Source of the DNA: Eledone cirrhosa
Lineage: Eukaryota
NCBI GenBank assembly: GCA_964016885.1
Contig: OZ024742.1
Coordinates: 209,436,001-209,500,000, forward strand
Length of the DNA: 64,000 nucleotides
Direction: 5' to 3'
Below the pieces are notes generated by a model. The model ran no database searches. It saw nothing but the letters and a program-made list of their open reading frames with translations, and was not told the DNA's origin. Shown piece after piece: positions 41,178 through 55,184 of the stretch; the stretch's first letter is position 1; each line of letters starts with the position of its first letter. The position numbers were made by a program, and so were the translations under genes.

Positions 41178-41574
41178 ATATTAGATTAATAACAGGAATT
41201 CCAACTTTGTATGATTTACTCGTTTTATTTACAATCCTTTAAAATTTATAATCGTATTAGAATGAAATAGTATGGTAGAATATTAAATGTTAAGTGTTAA
41301 TTGAACAAGTACTTTCATGATTTCGAAATCTTCAGATTCATATTCTGTGGTGACAGTCAAGTTGGCAATTTTCAACTGTTGAAAATTGCAAACTTGACTG
41401 TCACCACAGAATATGAACATGAAGATTGCGAAAGCATGAAAGTACTTGTTCAATTAACACTTAATATTTAATATTCTACCATACTATTTCATTCTAATAC
41501 GATTATAATTTTAAAGGATTGTAAATAAAACGAGTAAATCAGACAAAGTTGGAATTCTTTTTATTAATATAATC
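41178..41574. repeat. Fold-back palindrome (~195-bp arms, centre 41377) with an HHR-like motif in each arm
   Basis: Arm consensus TGAAC-CTGAAGA-TTGC(GAAA)GCAT-GAAA-GTAC-TT-GTTCA (41414-41452 on +, 41302-41340 on -). Confidence 0.85.
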
Positions 41575-41635
41575 TTCTATACACAATCATACACACCAGT
41601 GTATATTTATCTATATATATATAGAGAGAGAGAGA

Positions 41636-41943
41636 AAAAAGAAAAAAAGATGAAATCGAAAATGCAACTGGAGTCTTATTTTTTTTAAAATATATATATT
41701 TATTTGGATCCTTTACCGGTTTCGCAGTTCTTCTGCTTTTCAAAATTAGAGTTGAGATGGAGTGTCTGTGGTTAACTCTACTTTTGAAAAGCAGAAGAAC
41801 TGCGAAACCGGTAAAGGAACCAAATAAATATATTTTTTTTTTAAATAAGACTCCAGTTGCATTTTCGATTTCATCTTTTTTTCTTTATACTTTCACTCGT
41901 GTAGGGCACCTCAGTTATTTTTCATTTTGTAAAAATCCCTCAC

Positions 41944-41950
<7 letters not shown>
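41636..41950. repeat. Fold-back of the PLE pLTR carrying the U3-A8 HHR (41781-41816 on +)
   Basis: Same family as 2997-3400, 4700-4910 and 56306-56667. Confidence 0.85.
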
Positions 41951-42000
<50 letters not shown>

Positions 42001-42039
42001 CATATATAAATATATACATATACACATACATATGATGGC

Positions 42040-42652
42040 TGCCCCCTCGTAATCATCACCCTGAGGCCTTAACTGAAGGAGAAAAAGTAACAATTCTCTG
42101 GGACTTTCCTGTACATACTGACAGGGCCGTAAAAGCAAATAGACCTGACATCATTGTAAAAGATCAACATAACAAGGTCTGTTTATTGATAGATATGAGC
42201 ATCCCATGTGATCACAATATCGCAGGAAAAGTATTTAACAAGTTACGAAAATATAAAGATCTGCTTATTGAAATTGAGAAAATGTGGCACCTCAAGGCCG
42301 TTACAATACCAGTGATTGTGGAAGGACTGGGAATGATCAAGAAAGGAACAGAACAATATTTGCGAATGATTCCTGGTTTACCCTCTCTGCACGAGGTGGA
42401 AAAAATTGTTTTGACTGGTACTGCACACGTATTGAGAAGAGCACTATCCCTCCTTGTATTTACATATGCATATGCATATGTGTATATATGTATACTGTTT
42501 TTTTTTTGGGGGGGGGGGTTAAATTATAATCAATGTGCTGTTATAACTGGCTTACCAATGCACACTGTGAATTTATTTGCCCTAGGTGTCAGGAAGACAC
42601 TCGGCATATATCTCAGGAACAATAATGAAACAAAATAAAAACAATAATAATA
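42040..42652 (+). mobile_element. R4/Dong-like non-LTR element 3' fragment (restriction-like endonuclease)
   Basis: ILWDFPVHTDRAVKANRPDIIVKD..CLLIDMSIP...KLRKYKDL..IPVIVEGLG..TAHVLRRAL; (AAT)n tail. Confidence 0.88.
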
Positions 42653-42674
42653 ACACACACACACGCACGCACGC

Positions 42675-42724
<50 letters not shown>

Positions 42725-42725
42725 A

Positions 42726-42756
<31 letters not shown>

Positions 42757-42764
42757 GATAACAG

Positions 42765-43250
42765 ATAACAGTGCTGCGATCGAATGTGGCTTTTCAGCCC
42801 AGCCAATGAATCTGAGATGTGTTACACAGAGTTGGCAACCAGAACATTCACTGGGAATAGCCGGCTGTGGTTGGAGTTCATGTACTTTTGCATGCCCTTT
42901 CAGCCCTCCTGCTGATTTAAATTCTCTACCACATTTTTGGGAGGTATGATGAGTAGCATCTCCAACAGCGGCCTGGTAGTCAACCACTGGTCTTACTTTA
43001 TGACTGCGAAGATGACTTTGGAGTCCAGCTTTGCTAAGGCAGAGTCCCGCAGAGACGCTGCATGTCAGCACCATAGGAGGACCTTCGCTGTCTAGAAATG
43101 CAACAATTATTCCCTTCCTCACAGCACTCTTTACTTTCTCGTATGCGATCCGGGATGCCTCAAAAGCAACTTTCCCCTCATATAGTCTTTCTCCATTTAT
43201 TACGATCAAGAGCAACATTTTACCATGTATCAGCAGAGATGTTAGCGTCT
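42765..43250 (-). mobile_element. RTE (BovB-like) 3' fragment ending in three degenerate C2H2 zinc fingers
   Basis: EGKVAFEASRI..; CSVSAGLCLSKAGLQSHLRSH; QKCGREFKSAGGLKGHAKVH; CQLC..AGLKSHIRSQH. Confidence 0.65.
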
Positions 43251-43511
43251 TATAATATATACTACAGACACATACACACATATATATATACATATATATA
43301 CATACATATACATACATACATATACACACATACGCACACATACATACACATATACATGTGTAAATATATATATATACACATACATGCAAATACAAATATA
43401 TCGATACATACACACATATCCACATAAAAACTTACATACACACATACATATACACACATATATATATATATACATATACACACATACACATACACACATA
43501 CACACACACAC

Positions 43512-43594
<83 letters not shown>

Positions 43595-43629
43595 TATACA
43601 CACATTACACGCAAAGACAAAACCACGTT

Positions 43630-44122
43630 ATACCATAAACGTGGTTTTGTCTTTTCGTGCAATTGTTCTCACCGCTCCACATAATGACGTATTATCTTCG
43701 TTTTTTCCGTTCATTGTCAGAGAATGTCTCCAAGAATCACCTAATAGAATATTAGTCTACGAGTTCATTTATCCCATGAACGTGATTTTGTCTTAGCATT
43801 TAATTGTTTTCAACGCTCCAAATATTGACGTATTATCTTCGTTTTTTTTTCGTTCTTTGCCAGGGAACGTTTCCACGAACCAAAGTATCGTCTTCCCGTC
43901 TTCCTTCGGTTGCAATGGTTTTCGAAATATTTACTTCTGCGTTCACAGATTGATTTTTTTTAATTTCAGAAGATCCCGTTAAGGGTGAAAGCAGCGATTC
44001 TTTGCTTAAACTTTAATCTGTTATTTTAATAAATATTTGCTCTACGGTTCTTATATATTTGACATATATTTATCCTTATCGAGCCCTCTTTGGATTTTAG
44101 TCTTCTAATTTATTATTATTAC

Positions 44123-44125
<3 letters not shown>
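43630..44125 (+). repeat. Repeat with ~130-bp internal tandem units and an HHR-like motif; inverted copy at 46340-46855, partial copy at 39845-40055
   Basis: Units ..GCTCCACATAATGACGTATTATCTTCGTTTTTT..; 43941-44124 is the reverse complement of 46342-46525. Confidence 0.85.
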
Positions 44126-44153
<28 letters not shown>

Positions 44154-44339
44154 AGATATATACACATACACACCAATATACACATACATACACACACATA
44201 TATATAAATACACTCTTACAGGCGCAATTCAAGTGGAAAAGGCAAGTAGGTAAGATATACTTACATAACGATAGTACCGTGGAGCCGGTCGAGATGGGGG
44301 GAGGGGGTTGGTTGGGGTATATTTTGTCGAGTCGTGCTT

Positions 44340-45900
44340 TATGAAAATTATCCATCTGGCTTCATCACTGGCTTAAGATATTTGTAAGTTGTGAAGCTTT
44401 TGTGCATGTAATTCGAGCAGTGTTCAGAGAGTTTGTTCAGTGTCAGGCCCTTGGCAAATAGTACTTCGTAACTCTCTGAAATACAAAGGTCACTCGTGTC
44501 CTCCCATGCATGAGTGCGCTTTCTGGAGTAATTTCCATTTGAGTGTGAAAGGGGTGGAGTTTCTCTTAAGTTGCCAGACATAGGAGGCGAGTATTGTCTG
44601 ATTGGATTTGTCCGGTCTCCTGAATGAGTGGGTATGGGCATACCACCGGGTCTTAAACTTGTTGGAAGTCATTTCGATATAAGTCTTTTTGTTGTTATCA
44701 CCAATGCCTGAGATGACATCACATTTATATGCGATGTCATTCGTCAGGCATTTGTTTTGGCAGTTGCACAAAGCTCCCGTCTGGGAATGGGTTTCGGAAG
44801 TAGTAGGCTTATTTTATTTTATAGAGTTGTGATTGGCTCCATTCCTAGCTAGGTTAGGTGTAGTAGTGTAGGAGAGTTGTATTGTATTATTATTAAAGAT
44901 AGTGTAGTACCTATGTTGTGTGGGGAAGTGTTTATTCAGCAATTTGAAGAAAGTCCTAGCTATAGTTGTAGAAACTTCTGTTGAATGGGGGCGGGTGGAG
45001 TCTACCAACTATGCCTGTTTCTCCTAGGTAATCTTGGGCTGGTTTCTAGATAAGTAATCCTTTCTTTAAAGCCACTGTGGGTGAGGGCGTCGTTGAAATA
45101 GGGGCAGAGGCGATAAAGATATCTTCATTGGCTGAGACCGGAAATTCTGAGTGAGACGCTTTTAACTAAGTCATCTGTGATGTTTTGGGAGTGGTTCGAG
45201 CTAACATTTATGTATCTGAAGGACTCGTTGGGTTTGTCGTACGGTTAATAGAGGGAAGTATCTAAGTCGAGAGTGGCATCTAAAAAGTTTGCCCTGGTCA
45301 TATTTGATTCTATGATTATTTTAAATCCGAAGTTACGAAAGAACGATCTTAAGTTTTTTCCGAAACCCATAAGTGGTTCTGGGGTTAACTTTGTTCAAGG
45401 CGAAAAGGCCATCATCTCGGTATAATCCTCCGGTTAGGCCTGTGAAGAGGTTTCAGGTGGTATAAGATGTACAGGCCCACGAGTTCGCTACCTTCAGTCG
45501 AGTCACTTGCCCCCCATGCTGACGTCAAATGGGGTCTCAGACTTCTTGTTAACCCAGTAAAATCCCTCGTGGTGTATAAAGGTCTTACGGGCGTGGTGTA
45601 TCACATCCTGCTCAGCGTCGGTGATGGTGGTAAAATTCCTGGCAAAAGCAAGTCCATCCTTCAGTAGAAACTCTGAGAGAGAAGCGTAGTAGTCTTCCAT
45701 GTCCACTTGCAGAAACTGGGTGTAGCGTTTATCGGGCAATTCTTGGAACCAAGAGATTGCCTCTGAGGTTCTGGTCCAGAGTGGAAGAGGTGAGGCCGCC
45801 CGCAGTGATGGCAGTACTCTATCCAGGATCTTTATGCTGATAGAACCGATGACCGAACGTGTGGGGTTGATAACTCTGACTGACGGTTTGTTGAGGAATG
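44340..45900 (-). mobile_element. Penelope-like element, Naiad-like, degenerate
   Basis: FDVSMG..ELVGLYIL..GGLYRDDGL (RT); CNC..KCL..AYKC..TYIEMT..FKTRW..H..SF..DLCISE..LNK.SE..MHK (GIY-YIG with Cys/His ligands). Confidence 0.85.
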
Positions 45901-45920
45901 TATGTAAGTGTATGTGTGTG

Positions 45921-46040
<120 letters not shown>

Positions 46041-47069
46041 TATAAAAATGACAAGATAAGATACTGAAGTTACATATATCGTTTAATCATTGTAATTATT
46101 TCCACGGTTCTCCATGCAATCAAGATGTCCTTCATGCATTTGCTGTTGATTTTGAGAACGGTATCCTCAGATGAAAATTAATATGTTTGATATGTCGATA
46201 TTCTCCATCGTAACTAAAAACAACGATTGTTGAGAGCTTTCTCCTGCTTACTCCTGTTTTTACCAAAATAATCTTTTCCGAACATATATATGTATGTGTA
46301 TGTCTTCAAATTTATTATTATTACTATGTATATATATATATATAGTAATAATAATAAATTTGAAGACCAAAATCCAAAGAGGGCTCGATAAGGATAAATA
46401 TATATCAAATATTTAAGAACTGTAGAGCAAATATTTATTAAAATAACAGATTAAAGTTTAAGCAAATAATCGCTGCTTTCACCCTTAACGGGATCTTCTG
46501 AAACTATAAAAGTCAATCTGTGAACGCAGAAGTAATTATTTCAAAAAACGTTGCAACCGGAGGAAGACAGGAAGACGATACTTTGGTTCGTGGAAACGTT
46601 CCCTGGCAAAGAACGAAAAAAAACGAAGATAATACGTCATTATTTGGAGCGTTGAATACAATTACACGCAAAGACAAAACCACGTTTATGGTATAAATGA
46701 AGTCGTAGACTAATGTTATATTAGGTGGTTCATGGAGACGTTCTCTAGCAATGACGAAAAAAAAACGAAGATAATACGTCATTATGTGGAGCGTAGAGAA
46801 CAATTGCACGCAAAGACAAAACCACGTAAAAGGTATAACTGAAGTCGTAGACTAAAATTCGCTACCCGCCGTCTTCATTATATCTGAAGACGGCGAGTAG
46901 CGAAGACGTATGTATATTTTCTTACTATGATATTTTGTAATATATTTTACATGGATCAATAATAGAATGGACATACGAGGAACTACCCCCCCCCCCAGAA
47001 ACCATCGTAAAATAATGAGTTTTATATGAATTAACCGTTTTTGTTTAATTTCATTGTTTTCACTATTTG

Positions 47070-47164
<95 letters not shown>

Positions 47165-47179
47165 GTGTGTGTGTGTATG

Positions 47180-47219
<40 letters not shown>

Positions 47220-47350
47220 GATAAATCTACCAAGAGTTTACGGTAGTGTCCAATCCGTATGAAGAACTCAATGTAATCCGGATATCATGGAAAGAAGAGA
47301 TGCAATGAAAAATCACTTTCGGTGAAAGATAAACGGAATACAGAGTCAAG

Positions 47351-48557
47351 ATAAAATATTAAAAAAATAATGAATAAAACAATGAAACAGTTCCTTATAT
47401 TAAACAAAAAAAGTTCATTATTTAACGATCGTTTCTAGGATATATATGTGTTAGAATTGGCATGCATATTCAACAGATCTATGTACAAAATTATACAAAA
47501 TTATACAAACTATCAAAATTAAATATACATACCCAACACATATATATGCCGTCTTCAGAAATAATGAAATATATTTATTGATAATAACCACAATTCAAAA
47601 TTTCAGGTCCGTTTGGGAACAGAGTTCAAATTGACCAATGAAAATACAAAAAATGTTATGCAGTTTGGTGTGTGTATATACATGTAATTAACTTCATACA
47701 CATATTTACATAAAGATATATGTTCACATGCATACGCATGCCAAAAAGATGTATGCAAATACAAAAATTCAAGGCTAATGTCTCTGTAAGTCTATAATCC
47801 ACAGATAAAATGCGTATAGACACATAAATATGAAACAAATGTATACACACATTCATATACTCACACATATTCGTACACTCACACCCACACGCGCGTATAT
47901 GCATAAACATACACATAACTACGAACATACATACACACACACACCCCCACACACATATATATGTGTGTGGGGGTGTGTGTGTGTATGTATGTTCGTAGTT
48001 ATGTGTATGTTTATGCATATACGCGCGTGTGGGTGTGAGTGTACGAATATGTGTGAGTATATGAATGTGTGTATACATTTGTTTCATATTTATGTGTCTA
48101 TACGCATTTTATCTGTGGATTATAGACTTACAGAGACATTAGCCTTGAATTTTTGTATTTGCATACATCTTTTTGGCATGCGTATGCATGTGAACATATA
48201 TCTTTATGTAAATATGTGTATGAAGTTAATTACATGTATATACACACACCAAACTGCATAACATTTTTTGTATTTTCATTGGTCAATTTGAACTCTGTTC
48301 CCAAACGGACCTGAAATTTTGAATTGTGGTTATTATCAATAAATATATTTCATTATTTCTGAAGACGGCATATATATGTGTTGGGTATGTATATTTAATT
48401 TTGATAGTTTGTATAATTTTGTATAATTTTGTACATAGATCTGTTGAATATGCATGCCAATTCTAACACATATATATCCTAGAAACGATCGTTAAATAAT
48501 GAACTTTTTTTGTTTAATATAAGGAACTGTTTCATTGTTTTATTCATTATTTTTTTA

Positions 48558-48566
<9 letters not shown>
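47351..48566. repeat. 1216-bp spacerless palindrome (608-bp arms, centre 47958/47959)
   Basis: Identical 143-aa ORFs at 47656-48087 (-) and 47830-48261 (+); centre CCCCCACACACATAT|ATATGTGTGTGGGGG. Confidence 0.95.
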
Positions 48567-48590
<24 letters not shown>

Positions 48591-48592
48591 GC

Positions 48593-48728
<136 letters not shown>

Positions 48729-49112
48729 ATATATATATATATATATGTATGTATGTGTGTATATGTGTATATATATATGTATGTGTGTATGTATGTATAT
48801 ATATATATTCTCTATTTTGATTTATATATTTATACTCGGAGCCTTCTTTGAGTGCTTATTTATATTTGTGACTAATCCCAGTTTTTTTTTAAAACACTGC
48901 GATAATATTGCTTATGCTGAACTCCATATTTTTGTTGAGTTTTTTCGGAATATTGTGACTGGTGTTTCTTGTAAACACATTTTTGTCTCATCCCGGCATC
49001 ACTAGCGTGTGTCCACGTGTGTTTTATTATTACAATTTTACACGCTGTTCGCTTGCCTGCTTTTAATTCCCCTCTGGCATTTTAGCTGTGCCTGTAGTTA
49101 ACGATTTGAGCT

Positions 49113-49186
49113 CTACTGAAGATCGACACCAACCGTGACTAACCCCACTGAAATGTTCCGTGAAATAGTCTTTTAAGACTATATAG
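49113..49186 (+). ncRNA. Type I HHR-like motif with a stable helix III
   Basis: CTA-CTGAAGA-TCG...CGT-GAA-ATAGTC(TTTTAA)GACTAT-A-TAG. Confidence 0.55.
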
Positions 49187-49355
49187 TGCATTTGTAGTTT
49201 TCCACAAATTGACGGTTAAGTATTTTTTCATGATTTTAAGATTGCATTACTCATCCCAAATCTTACGTTAAAAAATGTTTCATCTTGATGTTATAGTCAC
49301 TTTATGTCTGAATTATTGTTGGCGGCTTTTTGCTTACATTAATTTCTCTATTTTC

Positions 49356-49496
<141 letters not shown>

Positions 49497-49944
49497 TATG
49501 CATATATATTGTGTATATATATATATGCATATATATATTGTGTGTATATATATATGAATGTATCTGTGTATATATGTATATATATATAAGTATATGAGTG
49601 TGTGTGTGTGTGGTGGAGTGAGGGCTATATGTGTGTGTGTGAGTGTGTTGGTAGGCACCTGACCATTAGCCATTGTTAACTTAAGTGAACCATACAAATC
49701 AGCAGTGGCACCCCCGGTGTGAACTTGTCTATAGAATTCTTTCTCCCTTTGTTACTCTAAATATAGTTTTTAAAGAATTCCTTTTTCTCTAAACCCATGA
49801 ACCAATGACCTCCACCCATCCCAATTACCCCCCTCTCCTACCACCAGAAAAGATATAAATACCACAATATTACCTGGACAGTCGGCTCTCTAATGATTTC
49901 TCCTGAATTAAACAGTTCTAGTCCTGTAAAAACGATTTCTATAT

Positions 49945-50490
49945 TATATAGAATTAGGATTTAGTTTCATGCATAGCTGTATACAGATATTGTAATTTCG
50001 TATTTCTAAATAAATACGGTATGGTTATAGGCAAACATTTAGAAACCCGTAGCTATGCAAAACACCAGGGCTATCACCCTCTGGTGGTGTCTAGCAGAAG
50101 CTGGATGCATTTTGAACTTAACTGGTCCTCATCAGGACAATCCCTCCCACTCTTGCGACTGCTGGACTTGAAAACAGACGAGAATATATGGTTTTCTCGT
50201 CTGTGTAAATGATATGATTAATCTCATTTGCATATGAAGCTGCATAAGTTGGTTGGACTTATAATAGAATAGAATTAGGATTTAGCTTCATGCATAGCTG
50301 TTTACAGATATGTATTTGAATTTCGTATTTCTAAAGAAATACGGTTTGTTTATAGGTAAACATTTATAAACCCAAACCAGTTAAGTTCCAAATGCATCGA
50401 CAATTATCCTCCTCGCTTCTTCTGGACACAGCCAGAGGGCGTTAGCCCCGGTGTTTTGCATAGCTACGGCTTACTAAATCTTTACCTAGA
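49945..50490 (-). mobile_element. Candidate retrozyme: ~1.3 tandem monomers on - (period 321 bp) plus an inverted partial copy at 50378-50490 on +
   Basis: GAATTAGGATTTAG.TTCATGCATAGCTGT at 49951 and 50272; HHR on - at 50104-50141 (ATTGTC-CTGATGA-GGAC..GTTC-AAAA-TGCA-TC). Confidence 0.8.
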
Positions 50491-50499
50491 AACATCTGT

Positions 50500-50720
50500 G
50501 TCACAGCACACAAAATCAAGATGGAGTAGGACAGAACAAAGGGGAGACACACGAATTAAAAACCTAGTCACTGAGGCGGTCACAGAATGTGTGACAAAAG
50601 AGCTTTGACAATATATAAACAACCTTCCAGTTATCGAACCAGCCAACCGGAAACTTATTATAAATGAAGTGAAAACCAAGAGGTGCGTGCGTTTTTATTA
50701 GCAGCATGAACCTTCCAAAG
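50500..50720 (+). repeat. Solo PLE pLTR (family of 12190-12590) abutting the retrozyme copy
   Basis: GTCACTGAGGCGGTCACAGAATGTGTGACAAAAGAGCTTTGACAATATATAAACAACC. Confidence 0.8.
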
Positions 50721-52102
50721 TATATATATATATATTTATATGCATTCATAAGATATAAGTATACATTGAAGTACAAACAATAGGGAAGAGTTCACAGCAT
50801 GTAAAAAAAGTGATGAAATAGAAAAGAAGCAAATGATAATGTATGCAACTTTATGAAGTTTGAGTGTCACTGCTCCACAGAATTTCGTTTAAATAAGCAT
50901 GTGTTTCTAGAAATGAAAAAATAAACATCTGAAACTAAATTACGTTATATGATTGTATAGAAAATGCAGAGGCCTTTTTATATAACAGGAAAGAAATCTA
51001 ATTCTGTTAATCCATATTTATATTTCATTTTTCGCAGATATTCCGGAACCTTCATCATTATGAGGAACTTCCAATATTTAATGTGTAGGCGTTAAGATAA
51101 ATTACTCCGAAACAAGTAATTTCTAGCAGAAATCACTTTCAAAGTAATAAGCTTAGACTTTACAATTCGAAATAAGGTTTCTACCAGTTGTTTATTCTTC
51201 TTCAGTTTTTCGTCTTTTAATAGGAATTTACTTTGGTTTCGTTACTGTAATAATTTGTATTTTACATGCAGAATTTCAAATTAAGTATTTTTTAACTCAT
51301 TTTCTTTTTTTAATAATTTCACTCGTTTCTATGCCAATTGAAAGCCAATTTGATACGCCATACTATGATCACAACGCACGAGTTGTAATTTGTTAATGCC
51401 ACAATTCATTCTGTTTCTAGGAACGATAGACTTACTCACCTTCCATTTAGTTGAACAGAGCGGAAATATTTAAATTATTTTCCATTCTCGCTCAGCAGAG
51501 TTCCAATCGATAAAATCGATATTTCTGACTACAGCCAGAGATACTAAGATGCCGCTTGATCTGTTACATACTGCAATGTAAGACATTTGGAAAGATAAAT
51601 ATTCATCTTTGTGTTATATTAGCTGTCTTAAAAGAATGCACTAGATAATGTAGTCCTAGCAACTCCAAATGTTTCCGTCTGATCGGTATGTTTGATCAAA
51701 TTTACCCTACCACCGAACAGAAATAACAGCATTAAAAGACAATACGACAATGTTTTATTGCATAAAAAAAACATCATAGGTTAGCGATATCCACTACTTT
51801 TGAGATAGTGCGTAGGAAGTAAAATGACGACGGGACTGAGTGTAGTGTAAATTGTTGTCTCATCAGTGGTAACTTCTAGAAATTAAGCAACAACTAATGT
51901 TATCGTAACTTATTTCTCAGTACTGACCACAATATATTTCATATAATTGATACTATTTTAATATGATCTTCTACTAAATAATTTTGTGTTGTCACACTAA
52001 GTTGTCTATATTTCATACCAACATCGCACTACGGGGATATTCTTGATGGAAACCACGAAATCTGTGACAATTGCACCTTATTATACATACACACACACAT
52101 AT

Positions 52103-52179
<77 letters not shown>

Positions 52180-52506
52180 CAGAGAGAAAGTGAGAGAGAG
52201 AGAGAGTCAGACAGAGAGAGAGAGATGTATATATATATATATATACACATATATATATATATTATTAACAATAATAAGAATGTCAAGTCATATCACCTCT
52301 AATTTCAGCTCTAGGAATAAATCCGAGGATTTGACTTTCGAACTTAGAAATTTAATTCGTGAAGCATATTCTTAAGCAATAATAAAATATGTATTCAAGG
52401 ATATGAATAATTACTGAAAGTTAGGTATTTACATTTTAAATATGCTACCGTTGGGATTTACATATATGTTCTTACATCGTTTTATGTATATATATATATA
52501 TACTTT

Positions 52507-52551
<45 letters not shown>

Positions 52552-53365
52552 GTGTGTGTCTGTGAGTATGTGTGTGTGCGTGTGTGTGTGTATGTGAGTC
52601 TCTGTGTCTCTGTGTGTGTGTGTGGTACATATATATGCCTAATAGTGTTATAGTTGAAGGCAATGAAATATCTGATTAGTCTATTAACATTTAATAAATA
52701 TAGTTTTACGAATAGTTAATTAGTTAATTTTAGACTGCATACATTTAACCTAATATTAATTCAAGCAATCTTTAATTTGTATAATGAATGTGCCAAGAGA
52801 TAAGTACAAAACAAAGGACAGATTTCATTAGTTATTCATAATATTTATGTGGATGCTTTGTCATATATATTCTAGTGTGGCTCTAAAAGGAAAATGAAAA
52901 AAGTTATAAAGATTTTCGTAGGGATTATAATAGTATTCCATAGATTTCTCTTCTTTTAGGAAATATGCATGTTTTGCCACCGTAATGTACAGCACCATTT
53001 CAACATATCGAAGAAAATTCAAGTCTGAGTAAACTATGCCTATTAAAGTTTAAAACAATAAATGAATGGTTTCTAGCGGAAAATAAACTGCAGAAGTCTT
53101 GTTTAAATTACTTCGGCTGTCTCTTCTCGCTCTGTCTGTATATACGGCGTAATTCGGGCTGTTTGTTTGTTTACAAACAAACAAACCGAGCATTATAATA
53201 AATGTTCGGTAAACCGATACGTGCATATATATATGTGTGCATGTATGTATATATATACATACTACTGTACGTCTGTACACATATATGTATGTACATACAT
53301 ACTTACATTTAAGTAAGTGCCGTACTAAGAGTGAGAAATGAAATTTCGTTTCATTCTATTCCATT

Positions 53366-53423
<58 letters not shown>

Positions 53424-53449
53424 TGTGTGTGCGCGCGCGTGTGTGTGTA

Positions 53450-53797
53450 AAAAAGTAAACAGAAATAACAACACAATCGGTACAGTATATGGAAGATATA
53501 TATTAGGCTAACGCTTGATATAGCAGCAAGAGGGTCTTAACGTTTCGGACGGTAATCCTTCATCAGAAGAATGAGAAATAAAATAGATTGAGTGGATGGG
53601 CGGGATGGAATTGGAAAAAATGTCTTTAGATAAAAATAACAGGTCCATTCATGTTGATATCTCTTGCAAAACTGTTGGTGCTGGCGTTTTGTGTGTGATT
53701 TATTTTTTAGAAAAGTGGGTGATGGCGCGCGTCTGCCTGAAATGAAAAAAAAAATGTTTTGTAAAAAGAGCTATACTTGAGTACGTGTGTAAGCATG

Positions 53798-53888
<91 letters not shown>

Positions 53889-54960
53889 TTATAGGTCCGT
53901 ACGAAGCTAAGAAGAAATGTGTGTGTATATGTGAGTAAAAGAGTGTGTGTATGTAAGTACGAAGCTATGAGAAAACGTTTGTTAATATAAGGGTGTGTAT
54001 CGGCATGGATTAGTAGTAAGAGAAGCTGATAATGATCAAGAGAAAGCGACAGGAATCTAGCGGTGTGATAATGGACGGGGTGTTAGAGAAATTGGGGAGG
54101 TGAGTTGAGTCCAAGAGGGGAATAGGACCCAAGACGGTGAATCAGACTTTGTTCAGATCGGGTGCGCGAGGCCGTTGATCCTTGATGTAAAAGGACACCC
54201 AGGACTGAAACATGTAGGGAAGATTGACCAGGAGAACAGAAATGACGGGCGACAGGAGTATCTAAACAGAATCGTATGTCCCTCAAATTTTCGGCAAAAC
54301 GGTCGCCATACGGATCCCGTTTGTCACCGGAGAGCATAGACAACGTTGGTGGATGTGCAGGTGAAGGAATGGCGGATACAGAAAGACCCGTTAGGGCCTG
54401 TAAGAGTGGTGAGGGTGGAAATAAAGGGACAAGTGTTGCAGCCGAAACGGGAACAAGGATGAAAGACGGGTAGAGTCGTGGGAGAGGTCGAAAAAGTACT
54501 GCGAACCAGGCGGTAGCGGAGAATTTGGGCGCGCTTAAAAGCAGTAATGGGTGGGTTGGGAAAAAAGAGAAGTGACGGGGTCAGAAGAGAGGATTTGGAA
54601 GGAACGGAGGATATGTCGCCGGAGTGGTAGGGTGATGGGGTGGTAGGTGAGAGGAACACGGGTGTTGGGAGGGCGGGTGAGGTGAGAGGGTTGTGGTGCG
54701 GTCTGTCTCACTGGCGAGGGTGAGAGCAGCTGGGATCAAGGTGGGGGGATATCCACGCTGGATGAAGCAGGAAGCCATGTGAAGGGAATGGGTTTCGAAA
54801 TCGTCGTCCTGGCTACAGAGTCGACGAAGACGGAGGAATTGGGAATAGGCTATGGAGTGTTTGGTGTGGGTTGGATGGGAGGATGTGAAGTCGAGATAAG
54901 ATTGGGAGTCTGTTGGTTTAATGTAGATGGAAGTAGAGAGGGTGTGATGAGAGTGATTAA
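53450..54960 (-). mobile_element. 5'-truncated Penelope-like element, Neptune-like (RT thumb, GIY-YIG, 3' pLTR)
   Basis: IYIKPTDSQSYLDFTSSHP..SIAYSQFLRLRRLCS..RGYP; CSRFGCNTC; FTCTSTNVVYAL; DRFAEN..PVARHF..EQSLIHRLGSYSPLGLN. Confidence 0.9.
53535..53570 (-). ncRNA. Minimal type I HHR in the pLTR, sense to the PLE ORF
   Basis: Minus strand: TCTT-CTGATGA-A-GGAT(TACC)GTCC-GAAA-CG-TT-AAGA; palindromic AACGTT helix III. Confidence 0.8.
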
Positions 54961-54977
54961 TATATATATATATATCT

Positions 54978-55152
54978 GTGTGTAATTCTTTTCTCGCGCG
55001 TTCTTGGTCAAGCCGGTATGACATTTTTTTCTCTCTCTCTCTTTCGTCTGCGACTTCACAAAACATGTTTACCGAATTCGTAGACCAGACCCCGTCTTCT
55101 TCTTCTTCTTCTTCTTCTTCTTCTTCTTCTTCTTCTTCTTCTTCTTCTTCTT

Positions 55153-55184
<32 letters not shown>

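Noticed and set aside
47656-48261. Duplicated 143-aa gene pair on opposite strands
   Set aside because: A by-product of the perfect palindrome over low-complexity sequence
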